NCBI RefSeq assembly: GCF_018350175.1
Contig: NC_058368.1
Span: 132,558,001 to 132,622,000, forward strand
Direction: 5' to 3'
Length of the DNA stretch: 64,000 nt
DNA from: Felis catus
Lineage: Eukaryota
How positions within the stretch are numbered: the first letter of the stretch is position 1; every line of letters starts with the position of its first letter. Position numbers and translations under genes: made by a program. Shown here piece by piece: positions 12,859-26,345 of the stretch. The notes below the pieces were generated by a model. The model saw nothing but the letters and a program-made list of their open reading frames with translations. It did no database searches and had not been told where the DNA came from.

Positions 12859-13061
12859 GTATTAAATATGACAATGGTAAATATTTTTTAGATGCCTTTT
12901 TCCCCTATGAAGTTATTCCTATGGATCTGCAGTGCAAACAGGCTCCAAATAGTGGAGCTTCATGTATTTGGATTTGTTATATTACTAGCAATCTAAAGTC
13001 AGAGTAAATTAAGTAAAAGCAGAGAAATTATCATTGTCAATGTAATATTTCATTTGAACAT

Positions 13062-13190
13062 TTTTTTTAAGTTTTGTTTTTGTTTTTGTTTTTTTTTTTT
13101 TTGTAGTAATCTCTCCATCCAGCATGGGACTTATCATGACTCTGAGATCAAAAGTTGCACATTCTTCTGACTGAGCCAGCCAGGTGCCCC
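13062..13190 (-). mobile_element. Short CanSINE
   Basis: ctgactgagccagccaggtgcccc. Confidence 0.8.
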
Positions 13191-13620
13191 TCACTTGAAG
13201 ATTTTTATCCATAAAATAATTGTTCTGTTTTTATGCCTTGACAAAACACACAAGAATGTATGAGAGGGATGAAATGAGTGTAAAGTCCAGATAAAATCAA
13301 TGTAAATAGTATCAAATTTCTAAACAAATTTTTAAATGAGAGATTATTGACTTGAGCTGAGTGGACTAGGCTTCCTTCTGGGATTCCGTGAGTCACTGAA
13401 ATTGTAGGTAGAATTTTGTACTTATATACAATTTTCACTCCATGATCAAAAATAGTTAAAAACCACTCGTTTACCATAGGCACATGTATTTGAGAAGGGA
13501 TGGGATGACCATATACAGTTATCTAAATTAGATCTAGATACGATGCTGTGTATATTTTTCATACCTCTCTGTTTTTAAGTGGCAGAAAAAGTACTATCAG
13601 TAGGAAATAAGTAAATACGT

Positions 13621-13630
13621 ACATACATAC

Positions 13631-13661
<31 letters not shown>

Positions 13662-13678
13662 CATACATACATACATAC
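13621..13678. repeat. (ACAT)n microsatellite
   Basis: acatacatac... with one interruption. Confidence 0.95.
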
Positions 13679-13690
13679 CCACATTTATTT

Positions 13691-13795
13691 GGGGGCACAT
13701 GGCTGGCTTATTAGGTGGAGCATATGAGTCTTGATCTCAGGGTTGTGAGTTTGAGTCCCACATTGGGCATAGAGATTACTTTAAAATATTTGTAA
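13691..13795 (+). mobile_element. Short CanSINE
   Basis: gggggcacatggctggct...tcttgatctcagggttgtgagtt...agagattactt. Confidence 0.75.
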
Positions 13796-14221
13796 AACAT
13801 TTTTATAAAGGGAAAAATTTTTGCTATGACTTTGCTGCATCACACATTTAAGATTTTGCATGCCTTTTAAAAGAACATAAGAGGTTTGCTTATTTTGATA
13901 AACACTTTTGTGAAATATAGAGAGAAAAATACATAAAATGTATATATTCAGTTTAGCAAAATATTATGGAATAAACACTTAATGTAATTCATGTAACTAT
14001 CACCCACTCAAGAAATGATGTCTGTCTTTTAAAAATGCATTTGGGATTGTTTTTTGTTTTTGTTTGTTTTTGCAAAAATACTGCATACCTATTGGAAAAG
14101 TTTTTCACAGTTAAGATTGGAAAATGCCTTTGACAAATTTATGCCCTATGGTTTAAAACAAACAAAGATAAATGGTCAAATGATAATAATCTCCTCTGAT
14201 TGATATGCTTTATTAAACTAG

Positions 14222-14266
14222 GTTCTCAAACCATTGGATGTGAAAACCAAATTTTATAATGCAGAG
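14222..14266 (+). CDS. TRAPPC13: TRAPPC13 exon 7 (VLKPLDVKTKFYNAE)
   Basis: aactag acceptor, gtaagt donor, 45 nt. Confidence 0.95.
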
Positions 14267-16202
14267 GTAAGTGTTGGGTACTTAATGGGAATTCAGATTA
14301 AACAGTAAGATCTTTATTTGACTAAAATTCTGATACATTTCCTTTCATTTTAAATTGCTTATATAACTGCACATTACTTGTAAAAAAATGAGCATAAATT
14401 TCAATCAAAAGAGAATAATTTCCTTGTAGATCTTTTAATCTGCTGTGTTTAACTTACATAGAATCAGTGTATCTTGAATTTTACTCTCTCAAATTTTGTA
14501 AGGCTTTCACCCCCTTGCACTAAATGATTGCCCTGTACTTCCATGTAATGGTTATTGTTACTGTCTAAAAACATTAGCAATTTGTTCAATATTTAGAGTG
14601 TGATTCTGATATCATAAAATTGAAGTGGTTGATCTACCCTGCAAAAAAGATTTAATGTTCATGGAAAATAATGACAAATAGAGCTCATCAAATTAAATTC
14701 TTTGCCCTGGAAAATTAGGGTGTTAGCTACAGTTTGATTATTAAATTCAGTGAATGGCTTGAAATACTTTTTGGGAGAAACAGGTTTGGCAAAAATATAG
14801 AAATATGTAACTTTTAGAATAGAAGATATCTTCTGTCCTAATAAAAGAGATAAAATAGACTTTGCCTAGGAGAAATGTCTTATTGCTTGGATTTCCTTTT
14901 AAAAATTCTACTTTATCTTGGCTTCTAAAGTTCCAGAAAAAGCAGATTTCCTAATAGGTCCCTTACTCCCGCGAAAATCATATCTTTCATACCACAGTGA
15001 TAAATTCAAAAACATTTACAGTATTTTGAAATGAAAATTATATCTTTATTCCTCTAAGCCACATGATCAGAAATTTACAGTCATATGTCAAATTTCCTAT
15101 GTATTTTTACCATCAACACCTGAGTTTTTATTCAATATAAAGTTTGTACTACTGGACATACCAAAAGATGCCTAAGATAAGGAACCTGACCTGCAGTAAA
15201 GCCCTATTAGGAGAAGAGAAAAAAGTGCATAAAATAATAAAACTATCCAATATATATAGTGAATCTAAAGTGAATGATATAAAAAGATGTGCTATAGGAA
15301 GTCTGGGGTTGAGATTTTAGAGTAGTGTTCAGGGAAGATGAGGAGGGGAGCTAGAGGGAGGGTTTGGAAGTAACCTGTTGGAAACATAAAAGTGTCAGAG
15401 TAGTGAAGGCATTCCTAGCAGAATTACAAATGCACATGGATTATTGAGTACTTAGTGAAGAATATACATATTTGATGGAAGGATACAGTCTCATCAAGGA
15501 GATTACTAGATATTTAAAGAGTTAACATTTCTTTTTCATGGGTAGGGGAAGCTGGAATACTACATACATGTTCTGGTTTTACTAGAATACTGTTGATTAA
15601 TTATAGTATAGCTATTCAGCTTGGTGAATTTTAAGTGATCTTAATTTATCATTTTGCTGGGAAAGATTTCATCCATAATATGAGGGAGATGGGTAACTAT
15701 TCTGTTAGAACACATATGTTTGAAAATTAGAAACAAATAGGGCTGTATGTGGGTCTTTTTTCCTATAATTGGGTTGTAGGAAGGCACATATTAAGCGGTT
15801 TTAGGCTTCCTTTGATGAAAATGTGGTGGTACAGTAAGATACTTGTCAAATAGTTTTATAACACTAATATTCACAGTGATTTGCATAGTTTTTTAAATTA
15901 CTAGTTATTCCATGAATAATATTATAAAAGTGATATACTCCCCCAAAAGGAAGGGGAAAAAAATCCACAATTTGACCACACCAAAAAGTAATGGGTTTTT
16001 CATTAATCCATGTCTTCTTTCAGTTTTTACTCATTTGTGTTTAATATTCTCTTTTCATAATCACAGTACCAATTGTGTTTGTTGCCTTTTTCAGTTAACA
16101 TTTATATGATCTCTACTTTTTGCCAACAAACGTCAGCTAAAAAAGTTTTAGTAAAATTCTGAACCTTTCAAAATAGAGATATCTTTAAAAACTAGGAGTG
16201 AA

Positions 16203-16387
16203 GGGGCACCTGGGTGGCTCATTTGGATACGTGTCCGACTCTTGATTTCAACTCAGGTTGTGATCTCACGGTTCGTGAGTTTAAGCCCCACATCCAGCTC
16301 TGTGCTGACAGTATGGAGCCTGCTTCATATTCTCTGTCTCCCTCTCTTTCTGTCCATGCCCAGTAATAAATAAACACATAAAAAAAA
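16203..16387 (+). mobile_element. CanSINE
   Basis: TSD aaaaactaggagtgaa. Confidence 0.88.
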
Positions 16388-17628
16388 CTAGGAGTGAACA
16401 AATAGAATCTTTAGGGTCTCTAAGATATTCAGTATTATAGCTATACTATAATTAATCAACAGTATTACAGTAAACCAGAAAGACAGAACACATGTAGTAT
16501 TCCAACTCCCCTACCCACGATAAAGAGATGTTAACTCTTTAAGCATCTGCTAATCCCTTGATGAGACTGTATCCTTCCATCAAATATGTATATTCTTCAC
16601 TAAGTACTCAGTATTCCATGTGCCATAGTTCTTACACATTGACTTTTATTAGCCCCACATTTGTCTCGAACATGTTTTTCACATTGTTTCTAATAATTCT
16701 AGTAGTATGTGAATCACCTAAAGGAAAACAAATTTTATGAGAAACTTTGTTGTAGTCTTCTAAAATGGCAAAGAAGAATGGTGACATTAGAAACCAGGAT
16801 TCAAACATTTGGTCACCTGCTGGGTATAGAGCTCTATCCCAGGTCCTAAAGGGAAATAAATATAAACTTGACATCTTCCCAGTCTTCATGGTACTTAGAT
16901 TTGGTAGAGGAAATAAACATGACAAAACCACAGTGTAAGCACCATCCCCCGATCATAAAGTGTACTTAGACTCAGAACATCAAGAGGTGAAAAAGTATTT
17001 TTAGCTATGGGTTGGATGAAAAAGGCAACATTTACGATGGCCCTTGATAAATAAGTAGCCTTAGAAATATATATGAAAAAGAGACAAACTATGAAATATA
17101 TTAACAAGAAGACAATAAACTTTCAGTTTTCAGAAGTGATCTAGCCCAGCATTTCTTGAAGTATAATGCACAGAACTCTAATCACTTAAGATGGTCCTTG
17201 AAAAAATGCTTCCATTATTAGACAAATTTAGGAGAAGCTGTACAGTATATATCACCTGTGATGTGGATGATAATGTATAACCATTCTAAGTTATCAATGA
17301 AAAATAACAGTATAGGTAACGAATTTATAGCACTACAAGGCATGGAATATACCTCTCTGTCGCCCAAATGTGTCCTTGAATATTTGCTCGTGTTTAAATA
17401 TTCACCGTGTTCTTCTCTATTCATTTAACCATAGCAGTTTCCCCTCTTTAGAAAAATGATTTGTCATATTTCTGTGTTACTTTCTGTTTACTTCCTTGTT
17501 TTACTAATGCTGTCTTGTTTAATAAATTTTAAAAAATGCAGAAATGCATTTTATTTAAAGTTAGTTATTCTTTTTCTTTAACATTTAATTCTGATTTTTC
17601 TAATTTTTCTTTTTTATTTTTCCATTAG

Positions 17629-17646
17629 AGTGACCTCAGTTCTGTG
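17629..17646 (+). CDS. TRAPPC13: TRAPPC13 exon 8, 18-nt frame-preserving microexon (SDLSSV)
   Basis: Long T-rich tract + cattag acceptor, agtgacctcagttctgtg, gtaatt donor; fills the NAE-SDLSSV-TDE segment of the recalled protein. Confidence 0.9.
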
Positions 17647-19598
17647 GTAATTTGATTTTTTATTATAAATTTATATGCTTTTCTTACTTACCACTTTTTG
17701 ACTCTGCCTAATTAATCTCTCTGTACAAAACATAGTGGAAAAACAAAGTTAGTTGTGAATACCACTTATATGACTTTAAAAGAGGTAGATAATTTGTACT
17801 TTTTACATCATATTGGTTATCTTACTCTGTGGGAAAAAAATTAGATGGAAGATTAAATTGTCATATTGAAACAGTTATGCTCTCACTTTTAGTGTTTTTC
17901 CTTTGGGTGTTTTTTTAAAAGAGGCATGTTAACTTTGTTTAAAATAGACTTGGGATTTTCAACAACTTCCTGTAAGTTTCTTTACTATACTTTATTTTTT
18001 TGAGTAAACTAGTTGAAATTTTTTCATCTTCAGATGCATAGTGGTTTTAGTTTTACGTCTGGGTCAGGTAAAGTTGGCCCTTTGACATTAGCAAACAGAA
18101 GAATATCAAATTTTCCCAAGTTGGCTAAAGTCATATTTTCAAATTTCTGTTTAATATAAGCGGCATTTGCTTATAATATGTGACTTACATAATAACATCG
18201 ACTGCTGTAGCACAGAATTCTTAATTTTCCAAATGTCAAATGACTTTATACTAACTGTTCAAACTAACTTAATTTTCCATTATGCTGCTTGTTTTTCTTT
18301 CATTTTATCTAAGTTCTTCCTAAATTTAAGCAGAAAACTGCATTTTTAAATTTGAAATGTGGGTCTATGGTTATTTTTTTTAAAGCAATGGATTGATGGG
18401 ATATATTTACCATATTCTGAGAAAAAGTAACAGAATAATAGCTATGAGTGGTACATTCTTTTAAACTGATAAGTCATTGTATTTCTATTTTCACTTGCGC
18501 ACATGTGCCAAGAACTAAAGAATCTGTTTTAGTTTACATAATAATGCTTTATATTATATTCTTCATCATTATATTTTTACAAATGATTTCCATTTACCTG
18601 GATTTAATATATAAAAAGTTACATTAAGTGCCAAATTTCGGGGTCATAGTTTTTTTTTTCTTTCTGTATATATATTACTTTGAAACATTTGAACAAAGTA
18701 ATTATTGAATATGCTATATCATTTTTTAGACAGGTTTGTTTCACAAATGAACCAAGTTGTCTGTTATCCTTCATTTATGCACACAAAAAATCCAAATCAC
18801 ATAAAAAGAAGGATGTTTGCATAAATAATCTAAATTTCAATGCCTAAATTTTAGGAATAAAAATTTTATATAAAAATACATATTTAAATTACCCATTCAT
18901 AAAAATATTGCTGAATAGCATTAGTTTTCAAATTTGTCACTAAGACTACAAAATACCTTATGTTTGATTTAAAAGCTCTATGATAGGTATAATTCACATC
19001 CTTTCTTTCAGCCCTAAATATATGTGTAAAATAAACCAAGAAATCACTAATGACTGCTAACAAAGTGCTTTATTCAAAAAGTTAAATCCTATACGATTAT
19101 AAAATAGACTATTCTTTGTACTGGTGGTACTTATACTTTCTAAATTGAAAAAATGTGACCACTGAAACTATATTAATGATATGATGGAATATTATAATGA
19201 CCTAATTCTATTAACATATCACTAAAATCATAGATGCATAGGAATATGCATACTACTAAATCACAGTTTAACATTTTAATGAGTTATTAGAAGATTTAGG
19301 ATATTTGTCATTGAAATTCCAGTTAAAGAACTATTTTTGGATGTTGATAAAAAAATATAGTTATCCCCCATCCATTGTTTGACAAGTTATCAGTTAACTA
19401 ACACTTGACTTTGCCCCTGTTAATTATGTTAGGGTGAAGATTTCTTTTCTTGCATTAATTATGATAACTTTAATTTGCAGGCATGAACTAATCACATTTG
19501 TGGTTAATATTTTTTCTTCGTATAGATCAGATATTTTTGTTGAGGTAAATGTTTTAAATACCATTACACTTTGGTGGATATTTTTTTCATGTCCCCAG

Positions 19599-19732
19599 AC
19601 TGATGAAGTATTTCTCGAAGCCCAGATTCAGAATATTACAACCTCACCCATGTTTATGGAGAAAGTTTCACTGGAGCCATCTATAATGTACAACGTAGCA
19701 GAATTAAATTCAGTCAGCCAAGCTGGAGAATG
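19599..19732 (+). CDS. TRAPPC13: TRAPPC13 exon 9 ([44 protein letters not shown](C))
   Basis: ccccag acceptor, gtaaat donor; contained in ORF 19434..19736. Confidence 0.95.
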
Positions 19733-19821
19733 GTAAATATGAATTATGAAGTGTTTGTTTTTATTTTGAAGTATCTGAACTTTTCTAACATTTGTTACTC
19801 TTGGGTGGTTTATAATTTTCC

Positions 19822-20160
19822 TTTTAATTAATAGACTTTATTTTTCTTAGTTAAGTCTTATGTTCACAGAAAAATTGATTAGAAAGCAAAGTTCCCACAT
19901 GCCCCTGTCCCTGCTCATAGTTCCCAGTTTTTACATCTTGTTTTAATGTGGCACATTTGTTACAATTGATGAGCCTAATTGATGACACTTTTATCAATTA
20001 CAGTCCATAATTCACATTCGGGGTTCATTTTTTTGTGTCATACATTTTGTGGGTTTGGACAAATGTAATGACATTCAGCCCCCACTACTGTATTAGACAA
20101 AATACTCTCGTTGCCCTAAAAATCTCCTGTGCTTCACCCATTCATTCCTCCTTCCACATA
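19822..20160 (-). mobile_element. L1MC-like 3' UTR fragment
   Basis: aatagactttattttt...ttcacagaaaaattga...acatttgttacaattgatgagcc...ccctaaaaatctcctgtgct. Confidence 0.6.
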
Positions 20161-21004
20161 CAATTATAAAGATCCTAGCCATTTGCATTTTATGTTTTAC
20201 TGTTTGAAACATAGTCTTGTAATTTTTATAATAATTCAATGAGGTAAATATGAAACTGTTCATCCTTTCCTGCATATGATAAAACTGAGGCATGGGAAGA
20301 AATGATGGAGAGGCTAGAAAGGATAAAAATGAAGGATGAGTTTTAAAAATATTCTCTCAACATTAAAAGGAGTGGACATAGGAAGAGACAATGTAGGTTT
20401 TTTTGCAGAAATGAATTATATATGTCTTTCTATAGATAATTTAAAAGAGGAAGAATAAATAAATACCAAGTTGATATTAATATGGATAAGAAGGTCATCA
20501 CTGCAGAAAGTAACTGATTTTGTTCATCGATGAAAAATTTACTTCTATCTTATTATGGTGGTTAAATTGAGTAGTTTGTAGCCTCCCATATCCCCACTGA
20601 GGAAAACAGTAACTTCATTCTTTCCCTAATCTTTTGGTTCATTTTACAAAGGATCACTTAGTTTACAGTGGTATGTTTCTTCTTATTCTAAACTATTTTC
20701 CTTGATAATTTTAGAAAAAGGGACAGGATACTTTAGGTTCTGATTTCTGTCACATTTTTTCAGTTAATTGATACATATCCAGTATTTTAGGTAATATATT
20801 GCATTCTGTTATAAAGAACTAAAGGTTTTCCATATCAACTGAAACATTTAAAGAAAAGTAAATCTTCTCAGTTCAAGTCCTTTTTCATTTGTGTTGAAAT
20901 GGTAAATCATGCAGTTCCCGTCCAGAAGAAAAATCACAGCCATGGTTTTTCTTTTAAGACTTTAGAGAATTTTCTCCATCTCTCTCTGTCTCCACCCGTC
21001 TCAG

Positions 21005-21203
21005 TGTAACTACGTTTGGGTCAAGAGCTTATTTGCAACCAATGGATACACGCCAGTATTTGTACTGCCTAAAACCCAAGAAGGAGTTTGCAGAAAAAGC
21101 AGGCATCATTAAAGGAGTAACAGTAATTGGAAAACTGGATATAGTGTGGAAAACAAATCTAGGTGAAAGGGGAAGATTACAGACCAGCCAACTTCAGCGA
21201 ATG
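21005..21203 (+). CDS. TRAPPC13: TRAPPC13 exon 10 ([66 protein letters not shown])
   Basis: tctcag acceptor, gtgagt donor; overlaps ORF 21033..21257. Confidence 0.96.
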
Positions 21204-21879
21204 GTGAGTCTGGAAAAAACACTGGAGGGGGTTTTGGGGGATGGGAGGGGTAGATAGACCAACCTAAATTTTCCTAGGTGTATTACTAAAAATCAGCACT
21301 TGTAAAAGGTATTATTATTACCAGTGAATAAGAGATAAAAGACTAATAATTTTACTGATTTCTAGGTAGAAAATTCATATTGAGATGGATGAAAAATGTT
21401 CAAATATTAATTTATCCATAATACATGGTTTGTTACTCTACTAAACAGAAAGTAAATTACTACTTACCAATTTTTCCCTCCTGTAGTATTTCCTGCTCAC
21501 TGTTCATCTGACTTCCACTACATAAAAGGCTTTTTTGCAGTGTTCTGCAACTCTTGGACTTACTACATTCACCAACTCAGTTCAGACTTTTTAAAAGATT
21601 TTTAGAATCCGAGTCATCTAAAATTCAGAGAGTGAGTTCCATTAAGGTTGTCTTATAAGCATTATTTGGATACTTTTCCTAATTTCTCCTCTTAAAGCAG
21701 GGATGGCTCCCAATCTTCTTTCTTTTGTGCTAGTGAGACTGTGCTACAGAATCATCCCTTTATGCTGAATATTAACTGCTGTCATATATTCTTTAAAAAT
21801 TACTTTTCTTTCACTATGTCAGGTAATAATTGGAAAAAGAAAGATTTTCACTGGGCCTAATTTAAAATATAGCAGTTAA

Positions 21880-22110
21880 GGGAAGCCCGGGTGGCTTAGT
21901 CGGTTGAGTGTCTGACATCGACTCAGGTCATGATCTCATGGTGCGTGAGTTCGAGCCCCATGTTGGATCTGTGCTGACAGCTCAGAGCCTGGAGCCTGTG
22001 TCTCCCTCTCTCTCTGCCCCTCCCCAGCTTGTGCTCTGTCTCTCTCTCTCTCTCTCTCAAAAATAAACATTAAAAAGTTAAAAAATAATAATAATAAAAA
22101 TAATAAAATA
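21880..22110 (+). mobile_element. CanSINE
   Basis: Head, (CT)n, (AAT)n tail. Confidence 0.88.
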
Positions 22111-22632
22111 AAATACAGCATTAGCTATCATCTTGCCATGGATGTTCCAGGCTTTGATGCTTCTGTGGTCTTTTCCCTGCTTGAGTGTCTTGTGAACAGA
22201 CATGTATTTTTTTCCTGGATCTTTTCAAGACAATCTTACTTTTTCTGCTTAGGCAATAACCTTCTTTTTAGAGGTATATATGTATAAGCTGCAGGATCTT
22301 TGGAAAGCATCCCTTTAAGATCAGACCTATTGAAATTTCTTTACTGAGTTTTTACCTCTGAGATTCATTTGAACTCTACTGAACATGAAGTATTTATAGC
22401 AAACACAGTCAGAGTCCATAGTATTGTTCCACGGGCAATCAATGGCAGCAAAAGAAGTTAGGATGAAAAGAAAAAAAAAGAAAAAAGAAGTTAGAATGAC
22501 TGTGAAGTATTTTTCCTGAACATCAGCTTGGAGACCCACAACTGTTGAATGAATTTGCTGATGTGGCACCTTTATTAAAGTGGGAAAGTTTTGTTAATAG
22601 ATGTGTGCTAACTGTGTTGCTTTTTCTCCTAG

Positions 22633-22733
22633 GCTCCAGGTTATGGAGACGTTAGGTTGTCTTTGGAGGCAATCCCTGATACTGTAAACCTAGAAGAACC
22701 TTTTCATATTACCTGTAAAATAACAAACTGCAG
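22633..22733 (+). CDS. TRAPPC13: TRAPPC13 exon 11 ([33 protein letters not shown](S))
   Basis: tcctag acceptor, gtaatg donor, 101 nt. Confidence 0.95.
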
Positions 22734-22909
22734 GTAATGGCAGTGTTTCTGGATGGGTGTCCTTTCCCCCTCGCCTGCATCAAAGAGAATTAAAATCTTT
22801 TGACTATGCTCTCAAGTTTCTCCTTGACAAACAGCCTTCTCTGAGGTGGATGTTGAATACTGTAAAGTTCTTCATCTGCTAACTGTATATATTACATATT
22901 TTGAGGTCT

Positions 22910-23100
22910 TACTTTATTAGGCATTTTCTGTATTTTATTTCCTTCATGCATTGTACCCTACGAGGTAGATATGAATTAATCACATTTTATGTAATACAAA
23001 GCCAATTCAGAGGTTAAGTAACTTAGTCAAGCTGAGAGAGCTAGAAAAGATGGGGCCAGAATTTGAAACCAGGTGTATTTGACTTGAGAGCCCATGCTGT
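22910..23100. mobile_element. MIR
   Basis: cagaggttaagtaactt...gccagaatttgaaaccagg...agagcccatgct. Confidence 0.55.
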
Positions 23101-24898
23101 TTTCACTTTTTGCACTTCCTCACACTTCAGATTATTAAAACATAAACTAGTACATTCTTATGGAATGATACATTACAGATTTAACGTTGTAAGATAGATT
23201 TTTCTGAGGCATACTTATACCTGAATTTTCTTTAGTATTAAGAAAGGAATTTGTCACAAATTTAATACAAGGGGTCACTTAATTATAGATTGGAAAATAG
23301 AGCCTTATAATAGAGAGTATAATCTAGCTATTGGGATGCAAAGAGCACAGGGCTTTGAAGCCAACAAAACTGAGGATTAAAGTCCAGTCCTATCACTTTT
23401 GGTACAACTTCTATTACTACTTGGGATGTATTATTCGTTGTGGCACTTTGATACTATTGCAGTGATGAATCCCAATGCACATAGTCTGAATGTATAATCT
23501 TTTAAAATTCCATATTCATTCCAACTTTGATATAGGAAATACCCATCCATGACAATTATAAAAATACTCCCTCCCTCTGAAGCTAGTGACCCTCCCACAC
23601 GGTTAATCATTCCTTTCTGTCACAGCAAATTTTAATATAGTTTTTTAGTGACACTCATGTATTGCTGTGGTTTTTAGTTTCTCTTTACCTAATTGTGCAT
23701 TATTCAACAGAAGGTACCATGTCTTCCCTAGCATTGTAAATGCACTGCCTGCCATGTCATTGGGGTTCAGTAAACAGCAACTCACATGGGGTGAAAACCC
23801 TTTGTGTGTAAGTGTGCTTTTGGATTTTTTGTTTAAATTTTTTGAGGTATAGCAAATCAATGACCAAATGACAAACCACTGTAAAAAATAAAATTCATGT
23901 TAGGTGATTGAAGTTTTCTAAAAACCACCTGTTTCTTAGATCTTCAGTTTCCTTATCTATAAAAATAGGACCCCCACCACTGCCACCCACCTACACACAG
24001 ACACATACACACAATATACAGTAACTGGCTTTTTGTGAAATGTACTGACAAAATTCATGTAGTGCATCTAACCTGGTCGATGGCACATAATGGATACTTC
24101 AAATGTTTGTTGCAGAGATAGATACATATAAAGCTAAATATCATTAAATGAGTATGTGAAAGAATGTATAAATTGCAATTTAAATAAATATTTAAAATAT
24201 GGAGCCAACTATGAGAGGATAAAAAGAGGTCAAACAGTTGAGTGTGGTCAGAAATGGTGGTAGAGCCAGAGGACTATTTTTTACTATGAGCCTTTGGTAA
24301 TTTAAAAAAAAAAAAAAAAGTGTATACCTTCTTTGAAAGTTATTTTTAACTTTACATGTTTAAGCTAAACTGGTGCTATCAGTTATAAGCAGAAGCAGTC
24401 TTTTCACATGAACACTGAACAAACGTGGATAGTATTTACTTAGAAATCTTGTCTGTCGTTTTATCTGCAGGGTAAAGGAACATAGATTAAATAGCAAAAG
24501 GCTCAGTTTATCTTTGTCTTTCCTGTAGAATACTTAACAGAAATAGGAAGGAAGCATAGCAACAAGGTGAGACACAGATGTCTGGAAGTTTCCCAGAGAA
24601 ATGGCAAAGCTGCCAACAGATCAGCACCAGGGAGCCAGGATTCAATAATAGAACCAGAAGGCTTATATCCAGACAGGCAGATCAGTCTCAGTGCTTTAAA
24701 CCCTAGAAGACGCCATATCTTTCATTTTCCTGATTGTCTCAAGTGAAATAAAAACGACATTATAGCTTTTTATTTCTGATTCCACTTTTATTCTTCTGGA
24801 CATCCCGAAAACAAATTCATTGGCACTAGTGGAAGAAATATCACAGAACCACTTTGTGAAAGGAACAAGATTTATTCCTGTCTTTCTGATTCCTCCAG

Positions 24899-25049
24899 CA
24901 GTGAAAGGACTATGGATCTGGTTTTGGAAATGTGCAATACCAATTCTATCCACTGGTGTGGCATTTCAGGAAGACAGCTTGGAAAGCTACATCCAAGTTC
25001 CTCTCTCTGCCTTGCCCTTACTCTCCTGTCTTCAGTACAGGGACTGCAG
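24899..25049 (+). CDS. TRAPPC13: TRAPPC13 exon 12 ([50 protein letters not shown]); alternative start 24902 (CAGCAG)
   Basis: cctccagcag tandem acceptor, gtgcgc donor; overlaps ORF 24912..25133. Confidence 0.95.
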
Positions 25050-25167
25050 GTGCGCTATCTTTTCAGTATTTGGGGACTGTTAACCAGTGGTCATTTACTA
25101 TTTCCTTTTTTTCCTCTGATAAATTACCAATGAATGAAACTTTACACCGGTATCTTTCTCTCAATAG

Positions 25168-25275
25168 AGTGTCTCCGGCTTAAGACTAACTGACACGTTC
25201 TTAAAGAGAACATATGAATATGATGACATCGCACAGGTCTGTGTGGTATCTTCGGCCATCAAAGTGGAGAGCTGA
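25168..25275 (+). CDS. TRAPPC13: TRAPPC13 last coding exon 13 ([35 protein letters not shown])
   Basis: caatag acceptor after a 118-nt intron; TGA at 25273-25275. Confidence 0.95.
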   Translation, partial: SVSGLRLTDTFLKRTYEYDDIAQVCVVSSAIKVES

Positions 25276-25585
25276 AGAAAATTTCCAGTGTTCTGCTTTT
25301 CATTGAGTTTAACAGAACTTTCTGTATTTCTGTCACCTTTGTGAAATGATCGAGTCTACAACAAAAATAAGTATCTATTATTTAAATTTCTTTCCTGCAA
25401 AAGTTAAAATATTAAATATTTGTTTTGAAAACAGCCATCTACTGATTTTATCTTATGAGTTATATTCTAAAAGAATATTTGTACATTTTCTATACATCTC
25501 CTATTTGATTTCATTTCTCACCACTGGACTTTGTTCTCCAAAAGCTCTGTATTTGAGGCCATTTACCCCTAGCAAGTATCTGGAA

Positions 25586-25781
25586 CAGGGGTTAGCAAAC
25601 ATTTTATGTAAAGGGACAGATACTAAATATTTGTCTTTGCAGGGAATGTGGTTTCTGTTGAAAATTCTTAGCTCTGCTGTTATAGTAGGAGAGCAGCCAG
25701 TAGGCAAAAAGAGCACAGCAGTATTTACAAAAACAGGCAACTGGCCAGATTTGGCCCGCAGGCCATAGTTTGCTGACCTTG
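25586..25781 (+). mobile_element. MER58A-like hAT-Charlie MITE in the TRAPPC13 3' UTR
   Basis: TIRs caggggttagcaaac / gtttgctgaccttg; internal ggccagatttggcccgcaggccatag. Confidence 0.75.
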
Positions 25782-26345
25782 ACTTAGAATATAGAACTGT
25801 TTCTTAAAACTTTAGATTATTATAATACTTTATTTAAAACTTTTCAGTTAGTCCATTTTTCCCCTAACTCCTCAGTCAGCAGAAAAAGTTGAAAACTATA
25901 GTAAAAATAATAAGTAAATAAAACTAGAGTAGTCCCTGTGTAACCTTATATTGCAAACACAGTATGAGTTCTCCTAGTGTTTTCAAAGTTACTATATTTG
26001 TATGTATCTGTTTGTATGTACATATAAACAGATCTAAATTTCAGTTACTAACAGCAGATCAGAATTGGCTTAATTTCTTGGATTGTTGATTACTCTATTA
26101 ACTTTTAACTAAGAAACCTGATAATTTTCTAACTCAAAGCCAGAAAGTCCTGGGGTTTTTTTCATATTGAAAAACAAGTGACTTATTTTCATAAGGCATA
26201 TTGAAAGGATTTCTACCTTCTGATATTTGATTTTGAACTCTAAGTCATGCATTACTACTACAAAACTACCTGTAGATGTAATCACACTGATTTACTTATG
26301 TCAGGAACAAAACAGTGAGAAAGTTAATATTGTAAACAACTTTGA

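Noticed and set aside
24912..25133. ORF extending exon 12 to an alternative C-terminus (VRYLFSIWG...)
   Set aside because: Read-through into the 118-nt GT-AG intron; there is no evidence for retention from sequence alone
25346..25768. 140-aa ORF after the TRAPPC13 stop
   Set aside because: AT-rich UTR running into a MER58-like element; no recognisable protein features
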